A DNA stretch of 64,000 nt from Lytechinus pictus (Eukaryota): NCBI RefSeq assembly GCF_037042905.1, contig NC_087262.1, positions 22,506,001-22,570,000 on the forward strand, in the 5' to 3' direction. The position numbers were made by a program, and so were the translations under genes. Under the pieces are notes generated by a model, which was given only the letters and a program-made list of their open reading frames with translations, was not told the origin of the DNA and searched no databases. This document shows, piece by piece, positions 12,060-24,869 of this stretch. Every line of letters starts with the position of its first letter. Position 1 is the first letter of the stretch.

Positions 12060-12245
12060 GGAAGTGACGTCACACAAGCCCACCCACTGAATGGTCGCAC
12101 CTGGATCTTTATGCAAATTCTGACGGTCCCCAGAAAACTGGTATGCATTTGACGATTTACTGTATAGTAAATACATGAGAAATAATCTTAAATAAAACAA
12201 GTACCGTATGGTTGTCAACCAGCCGCAGTCTTCATATTCGTGAGT
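12060..12245 (+). promoter_or_regulatory. Candidate Pol II promoter and short first exon upstream of the minisatellite
   Basis: GGAAGTGACGTCAC (ETS+CRE) at 12060-12073, octamer ATGCAAAT at ~12111, TAAATAAAA at 12189-12197, donor GTGAGT at 12240. Confidence 0.35.
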
Positions 12246-12408
12246 GTGTGTTGAATATGTCGTGAATGTTTTACTTTGTAATTAGTAATTACTTTTTAAT
12301 TAGTGACAACATTCACACTGTCATTCTTTCAAATTGCACTTTATCATTCTGAAATTTGTTATAAAAAGATTGTAATTTATTCCATATTGTTAAGCTAATT
12401 ATCAAAAT

Positions 12409-15400
12409 GAAGAGGGTTGAAGTGGATGTGTGTATTTAGAAGAGGGTTGAAGGTGGGTGTGGATGTGTGTATTTAGAAGAGGGTTGAAGTGGATGTGTGT
12501 ATTTAGAAAAGGGTTGAAGGTGGGTGTGTGGATTTAGAAGAGGGTTGAAGGTGGGTGTGAATGTGTGTATTTAGAAGAGGGTTGAAGTGGGTGTGTGTAT
12601 TTAGAAGAGGGTTTAAGGTGGGTGTGGATGTGTGTATTTAGACGAGTTTTGAAGTTGGGTGTGGGTGTATGTTTTTAGAAGATGGTTGAAGGTGGGTGTG
12701 GATGTTTGTATTTAGACGAGTTTTGAAGGTGGGTGTGGGTGTGTGTATTTAGAGGAGGGTTGAAGGTATGTGTGGATGTGTGTATTTAGAAGAGGGTTTA
12801 AGGTGGGTGTGTGTATTCAGAAGAGGGTTGAAGGTGGGTGTGGATGTGTGTATTGAGAAGAGGGTTAAAGGTTGGTGTGTGATGTGTGTATTTAGAAGAG
12901 GGTTGAAGATGGATGTGGATGTGTGTATTTAAAAGAGGGCTGGAGGTGGGTGTGGATGTGTGTATTTAGAAGAGGGTTGAAGGTGGGTGTGGATGTATGT
13001 ATTTAGAAGAGGGTTGAAGTGGATGTGTGTATTTAGAAGAGGGTGGGTGTGGGTGTGTGTATTCAGAAGAGGGTTGAAGGTGTGTGTGAATGTGTGTATT
13101 TAGAAGAGGGTTGAAGTGGATGTGTGTATTTAGAAGAGGGTTGAAGGTGGGTGTGGATGTGTGTATTTAGAAAAGGGTTGAAGATGGGTGTGAGTATTTA
13201 GAAGAGGGTTGAAGGTGTGTGTGGGTGTGTGGATTTAGAAGAGGGTTGAAGTGGATGTGTGTATTTAGAAGAGGGTTGAAGGTGGATGTGTGTATTTAGA
13301 AGAGGGTTGAAGGTGTGTGTGGGTGTGTGGATTTAGAAGAGGGTTGAAGGTATGTGCGAGTATTTAGAAGAGGGTTGAAATGGATGTGTGTATTTAGAAG
13401 AGGGTTGAAGGTGGGTGTGTGTATTTAGAAGAGGGTTGAAGGTGGGTGTGGGTGTGTGGATTTAAGAAGAGGGTTGAAGATGGATGTGGATGTGTGTATT
13501 TAAAAGAAGGTTTAAGGTGGGTGTGGATGTGTGTATTTAAAAGAGGGCTGTAGGTGGGTGTGGATGTGTGTATTTAGAAGAAGGTTGAAGGTGTGTGTGT
13601 GGATGTGTGTGTTTAGAAGAGGGTTGAAGGTGGGTGTGTGTATTTAGAAGAGGGTTGAAGTGGGTGTGTGTATTTAGAAGAGGGTTGAAGGTGGGTGTGG
13701 ATGTGTGTATTTAGAAGAGGGTTGAAGGTTGAAGTGGGTGTGTGTATTCAGAAGAGGGTTGAAGGTGGGTGTGGATGTGTGTATTTAGACGAGTTTTGAA
13801 GGTGGGTGTGTGGATTTAGGTGAGGGTTGAAGGTGGGTGTGGATGTGTGTATTTAGAAGAGGGTTGAAGTGGATGTGTGTATTTAGAAGAGGGTTTAAGG
13901 TGGGTGTGGATTTAGAAGAGGGTTGAAGTGGGTGTGTGTATTTAGAAGAGGGTTTAAGGTGGGTGTGGATGTGTGTATTTAAAAGAGGGCTGGAGGTGGG
14001 TGTGGATGTGTGTATTTAGAAGAAGGTTGAAGGTGGGTGTGTGGATTTAGAAGAGGGTTGAAGGTGGGTGTGGATGTGTGTATTTAGACGAGTTTTTAAG
14101 GTGGGTGTGGGTATGTGGATTTAGAAGAGGGTTGAAGGTGGGTGTGGATGTGTGTATTTAGAAGAGGGTTGAAGGTTGAAGTGGGTGTGTGTATTCAGAA
14201 GAGGGTTGAAGGTGGGTGTGGATGTGTGTATTTAGAAGAGGGTGGGTGTGTGGATTAAGAAGAGGGTTGGTGTGGGTTGTGTATTTAGACGAGTTTTGAA
14301 GGTGGGTGTGTGGATTTAGGTGAGGGTTGAAGGTGGGTGTGGATGTGTGTATTTAGAAGAGGGTTGAAGTGGATGTGTGTATTTAGAAGAGGGTTGAAGG
14401 TGGGTGTGTGGATTTAGAAGAGGGTTGAAGTGGGTGTGTGTATTTAGAAGAGGGTTTAAGGTGGGTGTCGATGTGTGTATTTAGACGAGTTTTGAAGGTG
14501 GGTGTGTGGATTTAGGTGAGGGTTGAAGGTGGGTGTGGATGTGTGTATTTAGAAGAGGGTTGAAGGTGGGTGTGGATGTATGTATTAAGAAGAGGGTTGA
14601 AGTGGATGTGTGTATTTAGAAGAGGGTGGGTGTGTGTATTTAGAAGAGGGTTGAAGTGGGTGTGTGTATTTAGAAGAGGGTTTAAGGTGGGTGTCGATGT
14701 GTGTATTTAGACGAGTTTTGAAGGTGGGTGTGTGGATTTAGGTGAGGGTTGAAGGTGGGTGTGGATGTGTGTATTTAGAAGAGGGTTGAAGGTGGGTGTG
14801 GATGTATGTATTTAGAAGAGGGTTGAAGTGGATGTGTGTATTTAGAAGAGGGTGGGTGTGTGTATTTAGAAGAGGGTTGAAGGTGGATGTGGGTGTGTGG
14901 ATTTAGAAGAGGGTTGAAGGTGGGTGTGGATGTGTGTATTTAGAAGAGGGTTGAAGGTGGGTGTGGGTGTGTGGATTTAGAACAGGGTTGAAGGTGGGTG
15001 TGGATGTGTGTATTTAGAAGAGGGTTGAAGGTTGAAGTGGGTGTGTGTATTCAGAAGAGGGTTGAAGGTGGGTGTGGATGTGTGTATTTAGAAGAGGGTG
15101 GGTGTGGGTGTGTGGATTAAGAAGAGGGTTGGTGTGGGTTGTGTATTTAGACGAGTTTTGAAGGTGGGTGTGTGGATTTAGGTGAGGGTTGAAGGTGGGT
15201 GTGGATGTGTGTATTTAGAAGAGGGTTGAAGTGGATGTGTGTATTTAGAAGAGGGTTGAAGGTGGGTGTGTGGATTTAGAAGAGGGTTGAAGTGGGTGTG
15301 TGTATTTAGAAGAGGGTTTAAGGTGGGTGTCGATGTGTGTATTTAGACGAGTTTTGAAGGTGGGTGTGTGGATTTAGGTGAGGGTTGAAGGTGGGTGTGG

Positions 15401-18400
15401 ATGTGTGTATTTAGAAGAGGGTTGAAGGTGGGTGTGGATGTATGTATTTAGAAGAGGGTTGAAGTGGGTGTGTGTATTCAGAAGAGGGTTGAAGGTGGGT
15501 GTGGATGTGTGTATTTAGAAGAGGGTGGGTGTGGGTGTGTGGATTAAGAAGAGGGTTGGTGTGGGTTGTGTATTTAGACGAGTTTTGAAGGTGGGTGTGT
15601 GGATTTAGGTGAGGGTTGAAGGTGGGTGTGGATGTGTGTATTTAGAAGAGGGTTGAAGTGGATGTGTGTATTTAGAAGAGGGTTGAAGGTGGGTGTGGAT
15701 TTAGAAGAGGGTTGAAGGTGGGTGTGGATGTGTGTATTTAGAAGAGGGTTGAAGATGGATGTGGATGTGTGTATTTAAAAGAGGGCTGGAGGTGGGTGTG
15801 GATGTGTGTATTTAGAAGAGGGTTGAAGGTGGGTGTGGATGTATGTATTTAGAAGAGGGTTGAAGTGGATGTGTGTATTTAGAAGAGGGTGGGTGTGTGT
15901 ATTTAGAAGAGGGTTGAAGGTGTGTGTGGGTGTGTGGATTTAGAAGAGGGTTGAAGGTATATGCGAGTATTTAGAAGAGGGTTGAAGTGGATGTGTGTAT
16001 TTAGAAGAGGGATGAAGGTGGGTGTGTGTATTTAGAAGAGGGTTGAAGGTGGGTGTGTGGATTTAAGAAGAGGGTTGAAGATGGATGTGGATGTGTGTAT
16101 TTAAAAGAAGGTTTAAGGTGGGTGTGGATGTGTGTATTTAAAAGAGGGCTGGAGGTGGGTGTGGATGTGTGTATTTAGAAGAAGGTTGAAGGTGTGTGTG
16201 TGGATGTGTGTGTTTAGAAGAGGGTTGAAGGTGGGTGTGTGTATTTAGAAGAGGGTTGAAGTGGGTGCGTGTATTTAGAAGAGGGTTGAAGGTGGGTGTG
16301 TGGATTTAGAAGAGGGTTGAAGTGGGTGTGTGTATTTAGAAGAGGGTTTAAGGTGGGTGTCGATGTGTGTATTTAGACGAGTTTTGAAGGTGGGTGTGTG
16401 GATTTAGGTGAGGGTTGAAGGTGGGTGTGGATGTGTGTATTTAGAAGAGGGTTGAAGTGGATGTGTGTATTTAGAAGAGGGTTTAAGGTGGGTGTGGATT
16501 TAGAAGAGGGTTGAAGGTGGGTGTGGGTGTGTGGATTTAGAAGAGGGTTGAAGATGGATGTGGATGTGTGTATTTAAAAGAAGGTTTAAGGTGGGTGTGG
16601 ATGTGTGTATTTAAAAGAGGGCTGGAGGTGGGTGTGGATGTGTGTATTTAGAAGAAGGTTGAAGGTGTGTGTGTGGATGTGTGTGTTTAGAAGAGGGTTG
16701 AAGGTGGGTGTGTGGATTTAGAAGAGGGTTGAAGTGGGTGTGTGTATTTAGAAGAGGGTTTAAGGTGGGTGTCGATGTGTGTATTTAGACGAGTTTTGAA
16801 GGTGGGTGTGTGGATTTAGGTGAGGGTTGAAGGTGGGTGTGGATGTGTGTATTTAGAAGAGGGTTGAAGGTGGGTGTGGATGTATGTATTTAGAAGAGGG
16901 TTGAAGTGGATGTGTGTATTTAGAAGAGGGTGGGTGTGTGTATTTAGAAGAGGGTTGAAGGTGGGTGTGGGTGTGTGGATTTAGAAGAGGGTTGAAGGTG
17001 GGTGTGGATGTGTGTATTTAGAAGAGGGTTGAAGGTGGGTGTGGGTGTGTGGATTTAGAAGAGGGTTGAAGGTGGGTGTGGATGTGTGTATTTAGAAGAG
17101 GGTTGAAGGTTGAAGTGGGTGTGTGTATTCAGAAGAGGGTTGAAGGTGGGTGTGGATGTGTGTATTTAGAAGAGGGTGGGTGTGGGTGTGTGGATTAAGA
17201 AGAGGGTTGGTGTGGGTTGTGTATTTAGACGAGTTTTGAAGGTGGGTGTGTGGATTTAGGTGAGGGTTGAAGGTGGGTGTGGATGTGTGTATTTAGAAGA
17301 GGGTTGAAGTGGATGTGTGTATTTAGAAGAGGGTTGAAGGTGGGTGTGGATTTAGAAGAGGGTTGAAGGTGGGTGTGGATGTGTGTATTTAGAAGAGGGT
17401 TGAAGATGGATGTGGATGTGTGTATTTAAAAGAGGGCTGGAGGTGGGTGTGGATGTGTGTATTTAGAAGAGGGTTGAAGGTGGGTGTGGATGTATGTATT
17501 TAGAAGAGGGTTGAAGTGGATGTGTGTATTTAGAAGAGGGTGGGTGTGTGTATTTAGAAGAGGGTTGAAGGTGTGTGTGGGTGTGTGGATTTAGAAGAGG
17601 GTTGAAGGTATATGCGAGTATTTAGAAGAGGGTTGAAGTGGATGTGTGTATTTAGAAGAGGGTTGAAGGTGGGTGTGTGTATTTAGAAGAGGGTTGAAGG
17701 TGGGTGTGTGGATTTAAGAAGAGGGTTGAAGATGGATGTGGATGTGTGTATTTAAAAGAAGGTTTAAGGTGGGTGTGGATGTGTGTATTTAAAAGAGGGC
17801 TGGAGGTGGGTGTGGATGTGTGTATTTAGAAGAAGGTTGAAGGTGTGTGTGTGGATGTGTGTGTTTAGAAGAGGGTTGAAGGTGGGTGTGTGTATTTAGA
17901 AGAGGGTTGAAGTGGGTGCGTGTATTTAGAAGAGGGTTGAAGGTGGGTGTGTGGATTTAGAAGAGGGTTGAAGTGGGTGTGTGTATTTAGAAGAGGGTTT
18001 AAGGTGGGTGTCGATGTGTGTATTTAGACGAGTTTTGAAGGTGGGTGTGTGGATTTAGGTGAGGGTTGAAGGTGGGTGTGGATGTGTGTATTTAGAAGAG
18101 GGTTGAAGTGGATGTGTGTATTTAGAAGAGGGTTTAAGGTGGGTGTGGATTTAGAAGAGGGTTGAAGGTGGGTGTGGGTGTGTGGATTTAGAAGAGGGTT
18201 GAAGATGGATGTGGATGTGTGTATTTAAAAGAAGGTTTAAGGTGGGTGTGGATGTGTGTATTTAAAAGAGGGCTGGAGGTGGGTGTGGATGTGTGTATTT
18301 AGAAGAAGGTTGAAGGTGTGTGTGTGGATGTGTGTGTTTAGAAGAGGGTTGAAGGTGGGTGTGTGGATTTAGAAGAGGGTTGAAGTGGGTGTGTGTATTT

Positions 18401-19545
18401 AGAAGAGGGTTTAAGGTGGGTGTGGATGTGTGTATCTAGACGAGTTTTGAAGGTGGGTGTGTGGATTTAGGTGAGGGTTGAAGGTGGGTGTGGATGTGTG
18501 TATTTAGAAGAGGGTTTAAGGTGGGTGTGGATTTAGAAGAGGGTTGAAGTGGGTGTGTGTATTTAGAAGAGGGTTTAAGGTGGGTGTGGATGTGTGTATT
18601 TAAAAGAGGGCTGGAGGTGGGTGTGGATGTGTGTATTTAGAAGAAGGTTGAAGGTGGGTGTGTGGATTTAGAAGAGGGTTGAAGGTGTGTGTGGATGTGT
18701 GTATTTAGACGAGTTTTTAAGGTGGGTGTGGGTGTGTGGATTTAGAAGAGGGTTGAAGGTGGGTGTGGATGTGTGTATTTAGAAGAGGGTTGAAGGTTGA
18801 AGTGGGTGTGTGTATTCAGAAGAGGGTTGAAGGTGGGTGTGGATGTGTGTATTTAGAAGAGGGTGGGTGTGGGTGTGTGGATTAAGAAGAGGGTTGGTGT
18901 GGGTTGTGTATTTAGAAGAGGGTGGGTGTGGGTGTGTGTATTTAGAAGAGGGTTGAAGGTGGGTGTGAGTATTTAGAAGAGGGTTGAAGGTGTGTGTGGG
19001 TGTGTGGATTTAGAAGAGGGTTGAAGTGGATGTGTGTATTTAGAAGAGGGTTGAAGGTGGGTGTGTGTATTTAGAAGAGGGTTGAAGGTGTGTGTGGGTG
19101 TGTGGATTTAGAAGAGGGTTGAATGTATGTGCGAGTATTTCGAAGAGGGTTGAAGTGGATGTGTGTATTTAGAAGAGGGTTGAAGGTGGGTGTGTGGATT
19201 TAGAAGAGGGTTTAAGGTGGGTGTGTGTATTCAGAAGAGGGTTGAAGGTGTGTGTGGGTGTGTGGATTTAGAAGAGGGTTGAAGGTTAGTGTGTGATGTG
19301 TGTATTTAGAAGAGGGTTGAAGAAGGATGTGGATGTGTGTATTTAAAAGAAGGTTTAAGGTGGGTGTGGATGTGTGTATTTAAAAGAGGGCTGGAGGTGG
19401 GTGTGGATGTGTGTATTTAGAAGAAGGTTGAAGGTGTGTGTGTGGATGTGTGTGTTTAGAAGAGGGTTGAAGGTGGGTGTGGATGAGTGTATTTAGAAAA
19501 AGGTTGAAGGTGTGTGCGTGCGCATGTTCAGAACATGGTTGAAGG
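12409..19545. repeat. ~7.1-kb G/T-rich minisatellite (unit ~28-35 bp, TTTAGAAGAGGGTTGAAGGTGGGTGTGGATGTGTGTA and variants) with higher-order block duplications
   Basis: Direct reading. Rare variants recur at a 1651-bp period (GGTATATGCGAG; GTGGGTGCGT at 16261 and 17912). Confidence 0.97.
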
Positions 19546-20160
19546 GTTGTGTGATTGTTAATTATTGAATGTGGACGGATATGTGTGTTTTGATAAAGTC
19601 AGCAAATATGAAATTGAGCAAGAAACAAGGAAAAGGAGTGAACCATGATCAGATTGAGGACTTAATCGGCAAAGAATGCCCCCACTTTCCTGAAAATTGT
19701 CCCCCTTTTGATTTTCATCAACATTTGCATGTTTTTCAGTATCATAATGGTGAACTATTGAGAGTTTTTAGCAGGGAGAGGCGCTCTAAGAAGAAATAAC
19801 ATTACATGTATGTAGTTGATGGGACTTAACCCTAAAAGGACTGGGCTAATTGAGATGTATTGAGGACTGGGGGGTGGGGGGGGGGGGGACATGATGCCCC
19901 CTTTTGATCTCGGCCGTCGTTCGCGCGATCGTGCCGAAATTTGGCACGCACATTCTCTACCACATAAACTATAAGCCTGTATAAAAAAAATCTGAAAATG
20001 ATTTTTTGTTTAATTTGAATAAAATATGCAAATTTATTCGTGAAAAACATTATTTTCATATTTAACACCAAATTTCAATTCAATTTTTTTTTTTCCAGAT
20101 GTCATATAATCTAATTTAAAGGTTTCTACAAAGAAAGATTGCAAAAACCAATTATTTCCT

Positions 20161-21735
20161 TGAAACATACATCGTGATTTACTCATAATAAAAGTTTGTG
20201 AAAACTATCACTAGTAGAATGTTTGTGTTCTGCATCAAATTCGTCCATGTTAACGCGTTAATCGAATAAACACATACAAATTGTCGCCATGTCACATATA
20301 GCCAAAACATTCTGAAATAATATGTAAGATATATCACTTTATTTTATCCGAAAGATAACAACGTACATTTACCGGATGCGCATTTTTGATAAAAACAAAC
20401 TGCGCATGATATTACACCTAGATTGCACATAATTATACATGCAATAGATCAGTGCGATACTCGTCATGATTTGAGGATTAGGTTTGCGTTTGTAGAGTTT
20501 GATCTCCTTGCTATTTCCGTGAATTATTAGGGTGCTGAACGCAAATCTACCTGTGGCGATATTCATAAATATACAGTAGGTCTGATGTTTCATGTGCCGT
20601 TACCATTTTAAGAATATCTACATGTATATCCCAAAACACAGAAAATGTATGAATAAGACGGTTGAATTGTGGGCGCGTCGTGGTCTAGTGGTTCTGACTC
20701 TCACCTTTCAACCAGAGGGTCGTGGGTTCGAATCATGGCCGTGGCGTGTTTTCCTTTAGCAAGAAATGTATCCACACTGTGCTGCACTCAACCCAGGTGA
20801 GGTAAATAGGTACCGTCAGAAAATTATTCCTCAAAAAGCTGGATGTGTGCACCCGAATCGGTAGCCTAGCTAGCTTAGCCGGGTAATAATAGCAGGGCCC
20901 GCTGGTAGAACAGTTTTCGGAACTGAAGTTGCTACCCTGGGTAAATATACCATTATTATTATTATTACCTGAATCGGTAGCCTAGCTTAGTGTCACAAAT
21001 ATTTAAAAAATTCAGGTAAGATGGAAGATATATCATTGTACGTTATCCGAAAAGGGACATGCATAATTTATCGGGTGGGTATTTTGAATGTAAAATTGAA
21101 TATATACCGTACATGATAAACATAATCACATGTATATTACATACTTAACACGAGTTACAAAATTGCTGGCCGCAAAAGTCCCTGCCCCCCCCCCAAAGTC
21201 ACGTGTAGTGCCCGAAAGGATTACATGTGGCTGAAAATAACTCGTTTTAAGTATGTACTTATACATGTTCTGTGTTTTGGGATGTAGATATTCTGATGAA
21301 ATAACGGCAAATGAAACATCAGACCTACTGTATTCATGAATATCGCCCCTGGTAGATTCGCGTTCAGCACCCTTAATTCACGGAAATAGCAAGGAGATCA
21401 AACTCTACAAACGCAAACCTAATCCTCAAATCATGAGTATCGCACTGATCTATTGTATGTATAATTATGTGCAATCTAGGTGTAATATCATGCGCAGTTT
21501 GTTTTTATCAAAAATGCGCATCCGCTAAATGTACTTTGTTATCTTTCGGATAACATAAAATGATATATCTTACATCTTATTTCAGAATTTTTTGGCTATA
21601 TGTGACATGACAATTTGTATGTGTTTATTCGATTAACGCATTAACATGGACGAATTTAATGCAGAACACAAACATTCTACTAGTGATAGTTTTCACAAAC
21701 TTTTATTTTGAGTAAATCACGATTTTCTGTTTCAA
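20161..21735. repeat. Fold-back: ~490-bp inverted arms (20161-20655 and ~21258-21735)
   Basis: For example GATTTGAGGATTAGGTTTGCGTTTGTAGAGTTTGATCTCC in the left arm has its exact reverse complement in the right arm. The loop contains a SINE. Confidence 0.9.
20671..20967 (+). mobile_element. tRNA-derived SINE, full length (tail type A)
   Basis: Box A TGGTCTAGTGG, box B GGTTCGAATC, central TGCTGCACTCAACCCAGGTGAGGTAAAT, (ATT)n tail. Confidence 0.9.
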
Positions 21736-22621
21736 AGTGCCATATATGTGAGTGTAATATTCCAATTTGAAATGTATATTTATTAGACTTATAATTTTTG
21801 AAACTCCAAATAAAAATTATCGTATATCAAAGGCAATCAAAAACTTAAACACATTCCGTCAAAATATCAAAATGCGTGATTTTCGAAATTCTTTCAGATT
21901 TTACGCTAAACATTATACTTTCACGCAAAAGTGCACTTGGCATCGACCCGTATGTTATTCCTCAGTACCTCCGCACAACTTTAAGCTGGGATGCCAAGAA
22001 TTGACAAATTTTGCTATCCAATTAAAGTATGAAAACTCGTTTAAGTATGTACTTATATACATGTAATTATGTACATAATGTACGGTATGTTCAATTTTTC
22101 ATTCAAAATGCGCACCTTGTATAACATACATTTACCACTTTCGGATAACATAAAATGAGATATCTTCCATCTTACTTGAAAATTCTTTTAATATTTGTGG
22201 CATTAGGACATTTACTATACATTCGAGAAAAAAAAAAAATTCAAACAATTTAAAGTTTTCACAAACTTTTATTTTGAGAAAATTGCGGTTTTATGTTTCA
22301 CTGTGCCATATATGCGTGTGTAGTATTCAAATTTGAAATGTGTATTTATGGGACTTATAATTTGAAACTCCAAATAAAAAGAATCGTATATCAAAGGTAA
22401 TAATTTTTTTTTTACATATCCCGTCAAAATATCAAAATGCGTGATTTTCGACATTCAGATTTTACGCTAAAATTGACACTTTCAGGCAAGTGCGCTTGGC
22501 ATCCGGCTGTACGCTTTTCCTGGGTATTTCTGCAAGACTTTTAGCTGGGATGCCAAGCATTAGCAAGCATTAACAAATTTAGCCGTCCAAAGTATAAAAA
22601 ATCGTTTTGGCCGGTCTACTA
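21690..22621. repeat. Diverged direct repeat (~350 bp shared; 21690-22040 and 22255-22600) within a nested element
   Basis: GTTTTCACAAACTTTTATTTTGAG and CCGTCAAAATATCAAAATGCGTGATTTTCGA each occur twice, ~565 bp apart. Confidence 0.8.
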
Positions 22622-24643
22622 CTATGTATTTCTTTGTTTTTAGAATTTATCTATTTCTGTGTTTTTTCATCTTTTGTTTTTCACTGTTTTTTAAATGGAA
22701 ATTACTACAGACCATTTAACAACTAAATTAAACCCTAAATTAATTCAGCAGACCAATTAGATAAAAAAATAATCACCCTTTTATTAATTTCATCTCCCTT
22801 AGACTTTGTACACAAAGTATAAAAATGAGCCATTTTTGGCATGACATTGTCTTGTAAAAAGACACGTGGCGTCGTGATGCGATACCAGTATGTCGCGAAT
22901 TTAGTCTCAAAAATTGCACGAGACTTCAAAGAAAAAAGTCATACAATTTTGCGGCGCCATCTTTTTGCGTTCCGGAAATATCGCGCGAAGCGTTGAGGGG
23001 GGCCCATGGTGGCCTTCTCTCTTTTTCCAGTCCTTTTAGGGTTGATAGACTTGCTTTGTTGTGTCCCTCACTATTTCATACACTATGCAATGTCTCTATC
23101 CACATTACTGTGATCACACAATTCACTGTAACCTAACGTTTTATCTCATTACATGCACTACATGTGTAATAAGGTATTATGTTCTAAATTTGTGTTTAAA
23201 TAAATGATTGCTGAATTCAATCAGATGAACCCATGCATCATGTTCATCAGGTTATTTACAGATCATACATGACAATAAATAAATACAAAAAATACCAATA
23301 TCACATCATCAACTTCATCATCCCAGCAATCCTCACACCTACACAATATAACATTACTATATTTTGCAATTAAGTAGACATTCCTTGTTTAATAGAATAC
23401 AAATTCCAAAATAAGTACTTTGTTTAGCCATCCATGACATGGAAATTAAACAGACAAATCAATAATTCATATTCTCCAAAATAAAAGGTTACAATTAAAC
23501 AATGATAGTTAATCAAAATCAGTATGGCTCACAGAAATGATTATGTCTACAATTCAAATATGGATAGTACTGGAAAGAAAAGAAAGCATAAAAATCTAAC
23601 ATAAATTAATTTATTCTTATTCTGAAACAAAGAGAAAATTAACCAATTTGAAAATTGGAGAAAAATTACCAATTCAAGGTATATGAAAAGGTTAAGTACA
23701 TAGTACTGAAACTTTACCATGATACAAAAGAAGGTAAATAATACCATGATATTCTCCATTAAAGTACAAAATAAAATACATCCAAATTGGAATGCAACTA
23801 TCAGATCTAAATATTATAAGAAATTAACAGAGTAATGACTGAAGAAATATTTTTCAAAAAAAAAATTTATGTCTATAAAATACAGAAAAATACAAAGCAT
23901 GGCACGCATGGTATGAAATATGAATTTAGCACCATGATGGATAAATATAAGTTCTATCTCTCTTCATATAAAAAAATGCTTAAGATATACCTTACCATTT
24001 AACCTATAAAATGATTTGAATTCTTATTACTCTTGATGGGTTAAAGATTTGTATAATTCTTCTGTGAAAAAATATAGGATATAAAGCAATTCAGAATTTC
24101 TACTTCATGCTTGAAGTGCAAACTTCAAATATTTCTTTTTATGACATGCAATATTAAACAGAAATAACAACTTCTAATCATCCGGTGCAATACCAAATAA
24201 CTGTAAGACCTTTGCACATGAACACACAAGGCTAGAGAAAATGGTTTAACAAACATGCTAATCATATGTGCAAATAACCAATGGTTTTAAAACTTGATGT
24301 TTTATTTCTGAATTACTAATATTGATAATTACTCTGGTGTCACTCAATAACATTGCCTGGATAATTATTATTTATTATCATTATTATTACTTATGTACTG
24401 TGCTTTTCCGAAAATGGCCCAAAGTGCTCACAACAACTAAAGAACACATAAAGTATAGAATGAAATTTGTAATGATGGATACAAATAAATACAAAAGTAC
24501 ATTGCCCTTTAATTGCTATAAACTGATCTAGATATTATAGGAATTATGTTTGCAAGAGAAAGTATAGATGCAGTTTAATCACTGGGCTTCCATAGCTGAG
24601 ATCGAATTGGATCATTCATTATTTTATAAAAAAAACTGTTTAA

Positions 24644-24869
24644 AGGCCCTGTCACATCGTTCTGTGCAAGCCTTGCGCGCAACTATTTTTGCTACACGCA
24701 GACTGCCTGCAAGTTGTCCGCAGTGACAGTGTCTCACACACAAGAGCACACGCAAGTCTGATTTGTACACAGAAAAGTTTTTAACATGCTAAAAACTGTT
24801 GTGGGTGAATTGCGGGTGATTGCCAGCAACTCACCTGCAAGGCTTGCATGGAACCATGTGACAGGGTCT
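24644..24869. mobile_element. PIF/Harbinger-type MITE
   Basis: TIR AGGCCCTGTCACA / TGTGACAGGGTCT, flanked by TAA/TTA. Confidence 0.7.

Larger units (their letters stand above)
19830..23041. mobile_element. piggyBac-type non-autonomous element, expanded by nested insertions
   Basis: TTAA|CCCTAAAAGGACTGG ... CCAGTCCTTTTAGGG|TTGA: perfect 15-bp TIR and a TTAA target with one mismatch on the right. Confidence 0.8.

Noticed and set aside
12200-12300. snRNA gene downstream of the octamer and CRE motifs
   Set aside because: No similarity to any U snRNA sequence I recognise, and no clear Sm site with a terminal hairpin.
12409-19545. CRISPR-like array or repetitive protein
   Set aside because: There are no unique spacers, only variants of one unit. 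The context is eukaryotic with no cas genes. TAG/TAA in nearly every unit and non-triplet unit lengths prevent a long ORF.
12409-19545. Interstitial telomeric repeat
   Set aside because: Contains AGGGTT and TTAG sub-words but no tandem TTAGGG.
19566-19568. In-frame TGA as a selenocysteine codon
   Set aside because: No redox-type motif, and no SECIS element that I can identify by eye. A nonsense mutation or chance is simpler.
20671-20745. tRNA genes at 20671, 26850-26921 and 40540-40614
   Set aside because: These are tRNA-derived SINE heads running directly into SINE bodies and (ATT)n tails.
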